A DNA stretch of 64,000 nt from positions 144,452 through 208,451 of the forward strand of contig JAJYLH010000001.1 of NCBI GenBank assembly GCA_021787845.1. The letters run 5' to 3'. The notes beneath the pieces were generated by a model. It searched no databases and was not told the origin of the DNA. It was given only the letters and a program-made list of their open reading frames with translations. Positions 1 through 9,927 of the stretch are shown here, in pieces. Every line of letters starts with the position of its first letter. The first letter of the stretch is position 1. Both the position numbers and the translations under genes were made by a program. Source of the DNA: Myxococcales bacterium. Lineage in GTDB: Bacteria; Myxococcota; Myxococcia; Myxococcales; JAJYLH01.

Positions 1-372
1 GGCGCCGGGGGAGCGAGTGCGGTCTCGGAGCTCGAAGCGGAGGGCACGCGCGACCCGGCGCTGCTCGTCGCGCAAGCCAAGCGATTCCTCGACGCGGGAG
101 CCGACCTGTTGATGATCGAGAGCGAGGGCATCACCGAGAGCGTTCGCGCCTGGCGCACGGACGTGCCGGCGCGCATCGCGGAAGAAGTCGGCCTCGACCA
201 GGTGATGTTCGAGGCGGCCGACCCGGACGTGTTCGCCTGGTACGTGAAGACCTTCGGCCCGGAGGTGAACCTCTTCGTCGACCACAGCCAGATCGTCCAG
301 CTCGAGGCGCTGCGGGCCGGGCTGTGGGGTACCCGCAGCCTCTGGGGGCGGGTCGTCACCTACAAGGGTTGA
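1..372 (+). CDS. comA: Phosphosulfolactate synthase (ComA/YitD family), C-terminal portion; 5' end lies outside the window
   Basis: Frame 1 is open from nt 1 to the stop at 370-372. The translation ...AKRFLDAGADLLMIESEGITESVRAWRTDVPARIAEEVGLDQVMFEAADPDVFAWYVKTFGPEVNLFVDHSQIVQLEALRAGLWG resembles the ComA family C-terminus as I recall it. Composition is sensible compared with the Arg-rich alternative frames. Confidence 0.7.
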   Translation, partial: GAGGASAVSELEAEGTRDPALLVAQAKRFLDAGADLLMIESEGITESVRAWRTDVPARIAEEVGLDQVMFEAADPDVFAWYVKTFGPEVNLFVDHSQIVQLEALRAGLWGTRSLWGRVVTYKG

Positions 373-556
373 CGCTCACCGGGAGCGCTCAAGGAGAGAA
401 TCGGAGCACGCTTGCGTGGCACCAACGGGCGGGGGCACGCGCGGTTCGTCGCCTTGCGAACCGCAGGCGCGGGCCAGATATCAGGGCGAAGGCGATGCCG
501 GTTCGGTTAGGAAGTGAGGTGGGAGCGCCGCTTCGGCGGCTGCTCGAGGAGCTCCA

Positions 557-3361
557 ATGCCGCGAGACCAGTGGGACATCGTCGATCGGCTGGCGCGACG
601 GGCGCTCGCGCTCGCGGTGAAGATGATCGACGAGGCGAACAACCGGCCGGACGAAGAGGAGGGGGACCCCAAGGTGGGCGGCCATCCGTCGGCGGTTGCG
701 TCGTGCACGCACATCCTGTCGACGCTGCGTTTCAGGGTAGCGGGGCCGCAGGACACCTTCGCCGTCAAGCCGCACGCCTCGCCGATGGACCACGCCGTGA
801 ACTTCCTGCTCGGCCTTTTTCGCGAGCCGGGCGGGCGGCGCTGGCTGTCGCTCGAGGAGTCGCAGGAGGCGATGAAGCGGCTGCGCCAGTTCCCATTCCA
901 CGGCGAGCCGGTGTTCCAGAGCTACCACGCGGAAAGCGACCCGGACTCGTGGGGCTACTTCCCGTCGGGTTCGGTGGGGATTCCGCCCGCTGTGTCCCTC
1001 TTTACCGCTCTCGCTTACCGTTACGCCGCGGACCACCGGTTCGAGGTCCCGAAGGACGTGCACCACTGGTCGGTCCTGGGCGACAGCGAGATGCGGGAGG
1101 GCTCGGTGAGCGAGGCGATGCCGGAGGCGGCCGAGCGGGAGCTGCCGAACATCACCTGGATCGTCGACTACAACCGGCAGAGCCTGGATGGCACCCGGGT
1201 ACCCAACGACCGCGCGCTCCACGGCACCGATTACGAGCGGCTGGAGCGCATCGCGAGGGCGAACGGGTGGGACGCGATTCAGGTGATGCACGGCCGCCAG
1301 CGCCTCGCCGCGTTCGAAAGGAAAGGCGGAGCGCTCCTGAAGGACGTGTTGGAGCACGACCTCACCGATTTCGAGCTGCAGTCGCTCCTGCTCAAGCGCG
1401 ACGGGAAGACCACGCGCGAGCGGTTGGTCAGCAAGGACGCCAAGCTCGGCGATTTCTTGAATGGCTGGTCGGATGCCGAGCTGCAAGCGCTCCTGGAGGA
1501 CCTGGGCGGTCACGATGTCCGGGAGCTCGGGCGGGCGTTCGAGCAGGCGAAGGGGGCGAAAGCGCCGACGCTCATCGTCGCGCACACGGTCAAGGGCTGG
1601 GGCCTGAAGATGTGGGCCCAATCGGGCAACCATTCGGCGCTGCCGGACGAAAAGGAAGTCGAATCGCTCCTGGAGGGCGCGGGCATCGACCGGGCGACGA
1701 AGACCCCGTACCAGCGGTTCCCGGAGGCGTCGGAGGAGGGTCGCTATCTCGGCGAGCGCGGGGCCGCGTGGAGGCGGGGCATCGAAGAGCAGTGGGCGCT
1801 CAAGGACCGGAACTCGAAGCGCTTCTCGGAGGGGGTGCAGCAGAGCGGGGCGCTGCCGCCCTCCTTGGGAATCGACCTCAAGATGACGCCCATCGCGCAC
1901 ACCCAGTACGTCTGGGGCCAGGCGATCGGTCGGCTCATCCGCGTCGCCACGACGGCGGCGGGAGGGAAGCTCGCGGAGGCGGAAGAGCGTTGGGTGCCCG
2001 TTGCCGAGATGCTGCTGACGCTGGCGCCCGACGTCGGGACCTCGACCAACATCAACCCGGCGATGGACGACAAGATCTACGGTCCGCCCCCCGAAGAGGA
2101 CTACGAAGAGACGCTCGGAGTGCGGGACCGCAGGCGCCCAGCGCTAGCGCCGAAGCTCGGCGAGTCGACCCGGCACATGCGGTTCGAAATCTGCGAGGCG
2201 AACGCGATGAGCGCCGCTGGCGCGTTCGGAAAGCTCGGCTACTCGCTGGGGATTCCGTTCCGGCCGGCGATGACCGTCTACGACTTCTTCATCAAGCGCG
2301 CGCTCGACCAGCTCTACTACAACCTCTATTGGGGCTCGACGTTCACGCTCGTCGGCACGCCGGGCGGCGTCACGCTCTCGCCCGAGGGCGCGCAGCACTC
2401 CTGGAAGAGCGACATCCAGATGCCGAACCTCGTCACCTGGGAGCCGATGTATGGCGTCGAGGTCGACTGGATCGTCGCGGAGACGCTCCGCCGCCACGCC
2501 GCGTTCGACGACCGCGCGCGCACGGGGGTGCTCCTGCGGTGCGTGACCCGCGGCTTGCAGCAGAAGGAGATGCTGACGCGCCTCAGGCGCCATCGGCGGT
2601 TCAAGCAGAACCCGACGGCGGCGCTGAAGCCGGCGGAGCTGGAGCTGGATGACGCGACCAGCGAAGCGGAGCTGGAACCCAGGAGCGATGCCGAGATCCT
2701 GGAAGCGGTGCGGCGGGATGTCGTTGCGGGCGGGTACTACCTGGTCGACTGGCGCGGTTACGCGGGCTACGAGCCGGGCGACAACGTGGTGCAGCTCGTC
2801 GCGATGGGCTCGGTGGGGACGGAAGCGCTGGCGGCGAGCGACGCGCTCCTCGAGCAAGGAATCTACGCGAACGTCATCGTCTGCACCTCGCCCGACCTCC
2901 TCCTCGGAAACCTCGCGCATGAGAACGGCTACCGGCATCTGAAGGAGACGCTGGGCGTGACCGGTGCCCTCTATTTCACCCGGCGGCGCACCAACGGTCA
3001 CACGCGCTACGAGGTGCAGACCAAAGGAGACCTGGTGGAGGCCGCGGGCGCGCGGGTGCCGGTGGTGTCGGTGGCCGACGGGGAGGTGGGGCTGCTCGAC
3101 AACCTCGGCTCCATCGTCGGCACCCGGCACGAGGCGCTGGGCCTGCGTAAGGCGTCGAAGAGCGGCCGCCCGAGCGACGTCTACAAGTTGCAGCACCTCG
3201 ATCGCGACTCGATCGTGCAGGCGGCGCTTCAAGTGCTGGGCGAGAGCGCTCTCGAAGAGGTCGTCGTCTCGCGCTCGCTCCTCGAGCTGGTCGCGCAGGA
3301 GCCGCCCTCGCCGCCGCCGCCCGACTGGCGGAAAGCCTGGGGGGCAGAAGCGCTGGAGTAG
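557..3361 (+). CDS. Homodimeric-type 2-oxoacid dehydrogenase E1 component-like TPP enzyme (AceE family, divergent)
   Basis: 934-aa ORF. The motifs [18 protein letters not shown]...[15 protein letters not shown] (TPP-binding GDG...N type) and [12 protein letters not shown] occur in the same order as in AceE-type E1. No E2 or E3 gene is adjacent. Confidence 0.65.
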   Translation: MPRDQWDIVDRLARRALALAVKMIDEANNRPDEEEGDPKVGGHPSAVASCTHILSTLRFRVAGPQDTFAVKPHASPMDHAVNFLLGLFREPGGRRWLSLEESQEAMKRLRQFPFHGEPVFQSYHAESDPDSWGYFPSGSVGIPPAVSLFTALAYRYAADHRFEVPKDVHHWSVLGDSEMREGSVSEAMPEAAERELPNITWIVDYNRQSLDGTRVPNDRALHGTDYERLERIARANGWDAIQVMHGRQRLAAFERKGGALLKDVLEHDLTDFELQSLLLKRDGKTTRERLVSKDAKLGDFLNGWSDAELQALLEDLGGHDVRELGRAFEQAKGAKAPTLIVAHTVKGWGLKMWAQSGNHSALPDEKEVESLLEGAGIDRATKTPYQRFPEASEEGRYLGERGAAWRRGIEEQWALKDRNSKRFSEGVQQSGALPPSLGIDLKMTPIAHTQYVWGQAIGRLIRVATTAAGGKLAEAEERWVPVAEMLLTLAPDVGTSTNINPAMDDKIYGPPPEEDYEETLGVRDRRRPALAPKLGESTRHMRFEICEANAMSAAGAFGKLGYSLGIPFRPAMTVYDFFIKRALDQLYYNLYWGSTFTLVGTPGGVTLSPEGAQHSWKSDIQMPNLVTWEPMYGVEVDWIVAETLRRHAAFDDRARTGVLLRCVTRGLQQKEMLTRLRRHRRFKQNPTAALKPAELELDDATSEAELEPRSDAEILEAVRRDVVAGGYYLVDWRGYAGYEPGDNVVQLVAMGSVGTEALAASDALLEQGIYANVIVCTSPDLLLGNLAHENGYRHLKETLGVTGALYFTRRRTNGHTRYEVQTKGDLVEAAGARVPVVSVADGEVGLLDNLGSIVGTRHEALGLRKASKSGRPSDVYKLQHLDRDSIVQAALQVLGESALEEVVVSRSLLELVAQEPPSPPPPDWRKAWGAEALE

Positions 3362-3411
3362 AGTGGCTGCGGTTCGGCCACGCCGAGTCTCGGCACGCGA
3401 GCCGCGCCGGC

Positions 3412-3450
3412 GATCAGACCGATCGGTCGGATCGGACTGATCGGTCTGAC
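3412..3450. repeat. GATCGGWCN 9-bp tandem array, copy a
   Basis: gatcagacc gatcggtcg gatcggact gatcggtct gac. Lies between the convergent E1-like (stop 3361) and sucC (stop 3504) genes. Confidence 0.9.
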
Positions 3451-3503
3451 ATGCCCAGCGGCAGCCAACCGCGGCCAAATCGGGTCAGCGAGCCTTCGCG
3501 GCG

Positions 3504-4673
3504 TCAGTTCTTTTCGGTCACCGCGGCGACGATCTTCCGGGCGGCGTCGGTCAGGTCGCTCGCCGGGATGAGGGCGAGACCGCTCTCGGCCAGCATCTGT
3601 TTGCCGAGCTCGACGTTGGTCCCCTCCAGCCGCACCACCACCGGCACGTCGACCCCGACCTCTTTCGCGGCCTCGATGATGCCGGTCGCGATGACGTCGC
3701 ACTTCATGATCCCGCCGAAGATGTTGACGAGAATCCCCTTCACGTGCGGGTCGGAGAGGATGATCTTGAACGCGTTGGTCACCTTCTGCGCGTTCGCGCC
3801 GCCGCCGACGTCGAGGAAGTTCGCCGGCGTGCCCCCGTGCAGCTTGATCACGTCCATCGTGCTCATCGCGAGGCCGGCGCCGTTGACGAGGCACCCGATG
3901 TTCCCGTCCAGCGCGATGTAGGAGAGGTCCCACTTCTTCGCTTCGATTTCCTTCGGGTCCTCCTCGTCCAGATCGCGCATCCCGACCACGTCCTCGTGCC
4001 GGAACAGCGCGTTGTCGTCGAAGTTCATCTTCGCGTCGAGGGCGATGACCTCGCCCTCCTTCGTCACCACCAAGGGGTTGATCTCCGCGAGCGACGCGTC
4101 CTCGGCGATGAACGTTTCATAGAGCTTCTGCGCAAAGAACACGAAGCGGGAGACCGACTTCCCGGTCAGGCCGAGGCTGAACGCGACCTCGCGCGCCTGG
4201 TAGGGCATCAGCCCGGTCAGCGGGTGGATGGCGACCTTGACGATCTTCTCCGGCGCGTGCTTGGCGACCTCCTCGATTTCCACGCCGCCTTCGCTCGAGG
4301 CCATCAGGGTCACCCGCGAGGTCTCGCGGTCGAGCAGCATCCCCAGGTACAGCTCGCGGGCGATGGCGCAGCCTTCCTCGACGTAGACCTTGCGGACGAG
4401 CCGCCCCTCGGGACCGGTCTGGGGGGTCTTGAGCATCATCCCCAGAATCGCCTGCGCCCGCTCCTTGGCCTCGGCAGGGCTGCGGGCGAGCTTGACCCCT
4501 CCCCCTTTGCCTCGGCCGCCCGCGTGAATCTGCGCCTTGACCACCACCACCGGGGTCGCCAGCTCCTTGGCCGCGACCTCCGCTTCCGCCGGCGTCACCG
4601 CGAGATGTCCGCGCAAGGTGGGCACGCCGTGCTTGCGGAGGATTTCCTTCGCCTGGTACTCGTGGATTTTCAT
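3504..4673 (-). CDS. sucC: Succinyl-CoA synthetase (ADP-forming) beta subunit
   Basis: 389 aa. The N-terminus [33 protein letters not shown], and the C-terminal GGIMKCD and RLEGTNV motifs are typical of SucC. Confidence 0.9.
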   Translation of the reverse strand: MKIHEYQAKEILRKHGVPTLRGHLAVTPAEAEVAAKELATPVVVVKAQIHAGGRGKGGGVKLARSPAEAKERAQAILGMMLKTPQTGPEGRLVRKVYVEEGCAIARELYLGMLLDRETSRVTLMASSEGGVEIEEVAKHAPEKIVKVAIHPLTGLMPYQAREVAFSLGLTGKSVSRFVFFAQKLYETFIAEDASLAEINPLVVTKEGEVIALDAKMNFDDNALFRHEDVVGMRDLDEEDPKEIEAKKWDLSYIALDGNIGCLVNGAGLAMSTMDVIKLHGGTPANFLDVGGGANAQKVTNAFKIILSDPHVKGILVNIFGGIMKCDVIATGIIEAAKEVGVDVPVVVRLEGTNVELGKQMLAESGLALIPASDLTDAARKIVAAVTEKN

Positions 4674-4810
4674 GGTGTGCGAAGCTCCCGTCCCCCCGGA
4701 AAAAGGGCGGCGAACCTACTCGCGCCGCGGGTCGATGTAAAGCCGGGCGGTGCGGCGAGGGCGAACGCGCGCGACGGGTGCCCTGACGCGAGCTGCTCGA
4801 AGTCCGCGCG

Positions 4811-6709
4811 TCAGAAGCCCACGCCCGCCGAGAAGGTCGGCAGGAAGTCGAGGCGGAACCCGCCGCGCAAGAGTACCCGCAGGTCGACGCGAAGCTGGAC
4901 GAGGCCGAGTTGCATGCCGACGACGCTCGTCGCGTCGACCCCGGGGCGCAGCACCGCCCCCGTCGCTTGGGTGGGTTCTCCATCGTCCACGCGGTAGGTC
5001 GCGCTATTCTCGGTCAAGAGCAATCCCGCGCCGAAGCCGACGAAGACCTGGTACGGCTGCCACTTGAGATAGAGCAAGCGGATGGCGAAGTTGTTCCACG
5101 CGCTGTCGACGCTGACGAACGGGGTTCCGCCCGTCGCGGTGGCGCGAAAGGCGCTCAGGTCGATGGCGAACGGGCCGGCGATGGCGGGATTGAAGCTCGC
5201 GGTCAGACCGTAGGCGAGCCGGGTCGCGTACCCGGTGGTCGAGTCGTCCATGATCGCGGGGCCGACGCCCGCGAGGACCGACAGCCCGAGGAGCAAGGCG
5301 GGGCGGTGCGGGACCGGCGTCGGCGGGACGGCAACCGGCGTCTCCGCGAAGGGCGAGGTGTGGAAGACCCGCGGATGGATTTCCGCCGGGGGCTCGGGTG
5401 CGCTCTGGTCTGGAGGCAGCGGCTGGGTCTTCTCGAGCGCCCGCATGTCGCGATCGAGCTTCTGGAACGGATCCTCCAACTTGGCAGCGCTGCCGGCTGC
5501 CGGCGACGCAGCCGCTGGGCTCGGCACCGAAGCCCGTGGCGAGCTCGCCGGCGCGGCGGGGCCGCTCGTCGGGCTCGGGAGCTCGTCGAGCGCATCCGAG
5601 CGGACCGGGGCTGGTGCGCGAGCGGCCGAGCTCGGCGTTTCGGCGGGCGCCCCGGACGACGGCGTGGGGACGACCGCCGAGTGCGTCGATCGATCCGGCT
5701 CGTCCACCGGCGACGGCGATGGAGTCGCTGGCTGGCTCCTCGCGGGCGTGTTGGGTGCTGGCGCAGAGCTCTCGGGCTCGGACGGCGCGGAGGTCGGCGA
5801 AGAGAACCCGTTCGGGGACGACGTGCCGTCAGCCGGGAGGGGCGACGAAGTCATCGGCTCGGTCGGCGGGGTCGGGGCCGTCGCATCGGAAGCAGGCGGC
5901 TGCGCTGCCGGAGGGCTCGGCTTCGCCCGATGGTGGCGCGGCGAGCCTCCGACGACGATCTCCGTCTCGTCGTGGTACTGGAGCGGCACCTGGACGATGG
6001 GGATGGCGGTGCCGCTCCCGCTGGGTGCCGGGCTGGGCGGGACGAAGGTGCTCGGCGCGGCCGGCGCGCTCGGCGCCTGCTGGGAGGTGCCCGTCAGGTT
6101 GAGGAGCGAATCGGCGGTCGAGCCCTGGACCACGTTGTCGTCATCGTCGCTTTGGTCGGCGTCATTCGACGGCGGCTCTGGCGAGGGGGTCCCGGAGGAG
6201 GGCGCGACGAGGCTCTCGGGCGCGGCCGATGGGAGGCGAGCCCGGTGCGGCTTGGCCTGGGCGGCGCTCGCGCGAAACGTGAACGAGCCCTGCGCGTTCG
6301 GCTGGATCGGTTGCACCAGCTCGAGACCCTTGCCGTCGTTCACCAGCGGCACGCCGGCGCGCTGGCTCGACAAATCGCTCGGCGTCACGTCGGTCGGCAC
6401 CTGGTCCGGCTCATCGACGACCGAAAGCGGCGTGGCCGTCCCGCCGTCGCTCACCGCGTCGTCGCTCGATTGATCCACCGCGCGGGCGCCGGAACGCTTC
6501 TTCTCGTGCCGGCGGTGGCGCGGGACGTCCTCGCCGGACTGGTCGGAGGTGTCGATGTCGTCCGCGCCGGGGGCAAGAGCGCCGTCGTTCGACTGGACCG
6601 GCACCGTGAAGCTTTCCGGCGGCGGCGAGCTGTCGTCCGCCCGCGCGGGTCGGAAGGCGCCCACGACGAGCAGGACCGCGAAGAGCGTCGTCGCGCGCGT
6701 CAGGGACAC
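4811..6709 (-). CDS. Secreted protein with a long Pro/Ser/Ala/Thr-rich disordered region and a C-terminal OM beta-barrel-like domain
   Basis: GTG start at 6709 (GTGTCCCTGA overlaps the stop of the upstream protease gene). Signal-peptide-like LFAVLLVVGAFRPARA/DD. About 430 aa of low complexity follow. The last ~170 aa alternate hydrophobic residues and end ...TFSAGVGF with a terminal Phe, as in OM beta-barrels. The upstream part of the 908-aa track ORF is antisense noise. Confidence 0.6.
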   Translation of the reverse strand: MSLTRATTLFAVLLVVGAFRPARADDSSPPPESFTVPVQSNDGALAPGADDIDTSDQSGEDVPRHRRHEKKRSGARAVDQSSDDAVSDGGTATPLSVVDEPDQVPTDVTPSDLSSQRAGVPLVNDGKGLELVQPIQPNAQGSFTFRASAAQAKPHRARLPSAAPESLVAPSSGTPSPEPPSNDADQSDDDDNVVQGSTADSLLNLTGTSQQAPSAPAAPSTFVPPSPAPSGSGTAIPIVQVPLQYHDETEIVVGGSPRHHRAKPSPPAAQPPASDATAPTPPTEPMTSSPLPADGTSSPNGFSSPTSAPSEPESSAPAPNTPARSQPATPSPSPVDEPDRSTHSAVVPTPSSGAPAETPSSAARAPAPVRSDALDELPSPTSGPAAPASSPRASVPSPAAASPAAGSAAKLEDPFQKLDRDMRALEKTQPLPPDQSAPEPPAEIHPRVFHTSPFAETPVAVPPTPVPHRPALLLGLSVLAGVGPAIMDDSTTGYATRLAYGLTASFNPAIAGPFAIDLSAFRATATGGTPFVSVDSAWNNFAIRLLYLKWQPYQVFVGFGAGLLLTENSATYRVDDGEPTQATGAVLRPGVDATSVVGMQLGLVQLRVDLRVLLRGGFRLDFLPTFSAGVGF

Positions 6710-7896
6710 GTCTGCTCCGGCGGGCGCGACTCGCCGCAGTGGGGCACTTCGGCGGCGGTCAAATGGAAGCGGTCGAGGAGGATTCCGCACTCGTCCGGCT
6801 TCAGGTCGTCGGGCGAGGCGGTGCTCGCGAGGGCGTCGATGGCGTCGGCGACGGTGGTCTGGTCCTGGTTCTTCTGAAACGTCTGGCCGAGCGCGGTCAT
6901 CCCGTCGACGACGCCCTGCGCGAACGCCTGCTGGTCGTTGCCCGCGTTCGAGGCGATGGCCCACAGCGCCGCCGAGAGCACCGAGCCGACCGGGTAGGGG
7001 TCGTACTTGTCGATCGACTCGTCCTCGAGGTTTCCCTTGAGCTCTTCGGTGTAGCAACGGGGGTCCGGCGGGTCGAGCCGGCGGTCGTCGGTGATCTGCG
7101 AGTCCGACTTGCGCATGAAGGCCGGGTCGCCGCTGACCATCGCGCCGAAGAAGTCCGCCAGCCCCTCGTTGAGGCTGCGCTCCAGGTTCAGCGCCGCCTG
7201 GTAGCGGTCCGGTTCGGCGGAAGCCTTCTCGGTCAGCCACGGGATGCCGTCCTGCGACCCGTTGAACTGCTGGTCGAACACCGCGTGGGTGTATTCGTGG
7301 GCGACGATCCCGACGTTCATACCCATCGGGAGGGCCTTGATGTTCTTGAACGGCAGGACCACGAACTGGCGGGTGATGGAGTCCCAGAAGGCGTTGTCGG
7401 TCAACGTCTGCATGTGACCGGTGGTGCCTTCCGAATATTTCGCGAAATAGAGCACCGGCAGGTCGTAGAGCGCGGCGTTCAGGTTCGCGAAGTAGAGATG
7501 GGCCTGCTCGAAGTTGAAATAGAGCGTCGCCATGCACAACGAGTCGAAGTCTTCCGGATGGATGATTCCGTCGACGGTGAAGTAGGCGAAGTCGACCGGC
7601 GAGCCGGCGTGGACGGTGGTCAGGTTCTGGATTTCCTCGGCGGTCTGCGGGTTCTGCTGGTCGAGCTGGTCGTAGTTCACGCTGATTTCGGCGCCGCCGA
7701 GGATCTTGGCGGCGTCGCCGGAGAGCGTGCGCAGGTCATGGAGCGTCGTCACGTCGCCGATGACGAGCTTGTAGGTCCCGCTCGGCGGGTCGTAGGCGAG
7801 CACCAGCATCTGCACCGTGCCGCTGACCGGCTCGGGCGACAGACGGCTGCACGAAAGCGCGAGCAGACAGACGAGCGCGAGGGCGCAACGACGCAT
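6700..7896 (-). CDS. Zinc metalloprotease lipoprotein (gluzincin, thermolysin-like HExxH...E)
   Basis: Start placed at Met17 of the track ORF, giving MRRCALALVCLLALSC (lipobox ALSC). Carries an HEYTH zinc motif and a downstream NEGLADFFG, the thermolysin-type third-ligand Glu context. Confidence 0.7.
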   Translation of the reverse strand: MRRCALALVCLLALSCSRLSPEPVSGTVQMLVLAYDPPSGTYKLVIGDVTTLHDLRTLSGDAAKILGGAEISVNYDQLDQQNPQTAEEIQNLTTVHAGSPVDFAYFTVDGIIHPEDFDSLCMATLYFNFEQAHLYFANLNAALYDLPVLYFAKYSEGTTGHMQTLTDNAFWDSITRQFVVLPFKNIKALPMGMNVGIVAHEYTHAVFDQQFNGSQDGIPWLTEKASAEPDRYQAALNLERSLNEGLADFFGAMVSGDPAFMRKSDSQITDDRRLDPPDPRCYTEELKGNLEDESIDKYDPYPVGSVLSAALWAIASNAGNDQQAFAQGVVDGMTALGQTFQKNQDQTTVADAIDALASTASPDDLKPDECGILLDRFHLTAAEVPHCGESRPPEQTCP

Positions 7897-8152
7897 CGCA
7901 AACGCATGGTAGCGCGCTTTCGATCGCCCGGGTGGCGGTCGCATCCGTCCTTCGACCGGCGATCGAGGTTGGCCGCTCCCGATTGAGCGGGACCTTACGC
8001 TCGCTCAACCGTCCGCCGGAGTTTCCGGCTCGCTCGCCGCCGTCGCCCAGGCTGGCCGCTCTCGGGAAGCGCGCGGGGCCTCGACGGGCGCCGGACGGGT
8101 CTCTCGCATGGCACCGGACCTGCATCGGGCCGCACGTCGGGGGGGACGACAC

Positions 8153-9112
8153 ATGCGAACGGCGATGGCGGGCGTGTTGGCGATGGCGATGGCAGCGTGC
8201 GGAGGGATGGCGCTGTCGGGGGGCGGATCCGGTGTAGCTGGGCAGGGGTCGGCGCTGAGGGACGTGCGGCCCAACGGCAAAGGGGGCGGCCTGATGTCGG
8301 GCGACGCCCGCGGCGGCAACCACGGGGGAGGAGGCGGCCAGTCGGGCAACGGCATCTACTACCACGGCGGGCCGCTGATTCTGGGGACCACGAACGCGTA
8401 CTACGTCTGGTACGGCGACTGGAGCGGCAACAGCGCGACGAGCATCCTGACCGACCTCGCGAAAGGCATCGGCGGGACGCCGTACTTCAACATCAACACG
8501 ACCTACTACGACGGCGCGGGAACGCACGTGACGAACGCGGTGAGCTACGGCGGCGACGTGGTCGACGGCTATCCGTACGGCAAGGCGCTGAGCGATTCCG
8601 ACATCCAGTCGATTGTGCTCGACGCTATCTCCTCGGGAGCGCTGCCGTCGGACGCGAACGGCGTCTACTTCGTCCTGACCTCGAAGGACGTGAAGGAGAC
8701 GAGCGGCTTCTGCAAGTACTACTGCGGCTGGCACACCTACACGACGACCGCGTCGGGCACGCCGATCAAGTATGCGTTCATCGGCGACCCGGACCAGTGC
8801 CCGAGCGGCTGCGAGGCGCAGTCGAGCTCGAGCCCCAACGACAACCCGGGCGCCGACGGGATGGCGTCGGTGATCGCGCACGAGCTCGAGGAGAGCGTGA
8901 CCGACCCCGAGCTCGACGCCTGGTATGACCGGCGGGGCTACGAGAACGCCGACAAGTGCGCCTGGACCTTCGGGACGACGTACACGACCTCGAACGGCTC
9001 CCTGGCGAACATGAGCTTCGACGGCCGCGACTGGCTCATCCAGCGCAACTGGGTGAACGCCTCCGGCGGCTACTGCGCGCTGAGCTACTCGGCACCGCTG
9101 GCGGTCCAGTAG
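8153..9112 (+). CDS. EXORDIUM / phosphate-induced protein 1 (PHI-1)-like lipoprotein
   Basis: Start at MRTAMAGVLAMAMAAC (lipobox). YYHGGPLILG...YYVWYGDW, VYFVLTSKDV..SGFC..YCGWH, QCPSGC and PNDNPGADGMASVIAHEL follow the conserved order of the plant EXORDIUM/PHI-1 family (Pfam Phi_1) as I recall it. Confidence 0.65.
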   Translation: MRTAMAGVLAMAMAACGGMALSGGGSGVAGQGSALRDVRPNGKGGGLMSGDARGGNHGGGGGQSGNGIYYHGGPLILGTTNAYYVWYGDWSGNSATSILTDLAKGIGGTPYFNINTTYYDGAGTHVTNAVSYGGDVVDGYPYGKALSDSDIQSIVLDAISSGALPSDANGVYFVLTSKDVKETSGFCKYYCGWHTYTTTASGTPIKYAFIGDPDQCPSGCEAQSSSSPNDNPGADGMASVIAHELEESVTDPELDAWYDRRGYENADKCAWTFGTTYTTSNGSLANMSFDGRDWLIQRNWVNASGGYCALSYSAPLAVQ

Positions 9113-9180
9113 AGCGCTGGCGGTGGGGGCGTCGAGGTCCGAAAGCGGCCTCGCCCCCCGCCGTCGTCTTCGGCCGAGCC

Positions 9181-9222
9181 GATCGGACCGATCGGTCGGA
9201 TCCGACTGATCGGTCTGATCGG
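9181..9222. repeat. GATCGGWCN 9-bp tandem array, copy b
   Basis: gatcggacc gatcggtcg gatccgact gatcggtct gatcgg. Lies between the convergent genes ending at 9112 and 9268. A GC hairpin at about 9127-9165 precedes it. Confidence 0.9.
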
Positions 9223-9267
9223 CGCCGAAGGCCGGCGCCGACCCCGCACGGCACGGGTGGTGGTCTC

Positions 9268-9927
9268 CTAGAACAGCTCCTGCTGCTCGGCCGGCTCGAG
9301 CACCGCGGCGTCGTCGTGGTCGACGTGGTTGACGCGGCTCGAGACCCGGCGCAGTCGAACGCGGTCGGGCGCCACCGGCTCGAGCGCGGGCGCGAGCGCG
9401 TCGAGCGGCGTCGACGACGCGAGCCAGGCTGCGAACATCGCGCGCGGGACGACGACGGGCACGCGGTCGTGAATCGGCAGGACGGCCTCGTTGGCGCCGG
9501 TGGTGAGGATGACGCACGCCGCGGGCTCATCGGGTCCGCGCGCCGGCTGCCAGAGTGCGCCGAGGCCGAGCGGCTCGCCGTCGCTCGACGTGATCCAGTA
9601 GGGTTGTCGCTTGCCGTTCTCGACGCGCCACTCGAAGAAGCCGTCGGCCGGCAGGAGGCAACGGCGCTCGCGCAGGGCGTCCTTGAAGAGCGGGAGCGTT
9701 CCTGCCGTCTCGCTCCGGGCGTTGATGATCGGCCCGTGCCGGCCCTTGGGCGTCAGTCCCCAGCGGAGCAGGACCGGTTCCCGGGAGCCGTCGCCGGCCT
9801 GGCGAACGGCGAGCACCTCGCTCGTCGGCGGGATGTTCCAATGCGGCGCGAGGTCGAGGCGGGCGGCGAAGCCGAAGACCTCCTGCAGCTTCTCGAGCGG
9901 GCTGTGCAATCCATAGCGCGCGCACAT
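9268..9927 (-). CDS. yedK: SOS response-associated peptidase (SRAP / YedK-HMCES family)
   Basis: ATG at 9927 gives MCARYGL (catalytic Cys2). LLRWGL, INARSET and LPADGFFEW motifs are present. 219 aa, typical of the family. Confidence 0.85.
   Translation of the reverse strand: MCARYGLHSPLEKLQEVFGFAARLDLAPHWNIPPTSEVLAVRQAGDGSREPVLLRWGLTPKGRHGPIINARSETAGTLPLFKDALRERRCLLPADGFFEWRVENGKRQPYWITSSDGEPLGLGALWQPARGPDEPAACVILTTGANEAVLPIHDRVPVVVPRAMFAAWLASSTPLDALAPALEPVAPDRVRLRRVSSRVNHVDHDDAAVLEPAEQQELF

Noticed and set aside
373-556. A possible TPP riboswitch or leader upstream of the TPP-dependent E1-like gene
   Set aside because: I could not find the conserved TPP-riboswitch elements (CUGAGA and the ACCUGAUCUGGAUAAUGCCAGCG-like core). 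Only generic GC-rich stems are present.
389-1900. A 503-aa minus-strand ORF, plus the 514-2652 plus-frame ORF, overlapping the E1-like gene
   Set aside because: Arg/Pro/Gly-rich nonsense composition. The 557-3361 frame carries the TPP-enzyme motifs.
7736-9517. A 593-aa minus-strand ORF across the EXORDIUM-like gene
   Set aside because: Arg/Ala-rich with no motifs, and it passes through the nonamer repeat. The plus-strand frame has a lipobox and family motifs.
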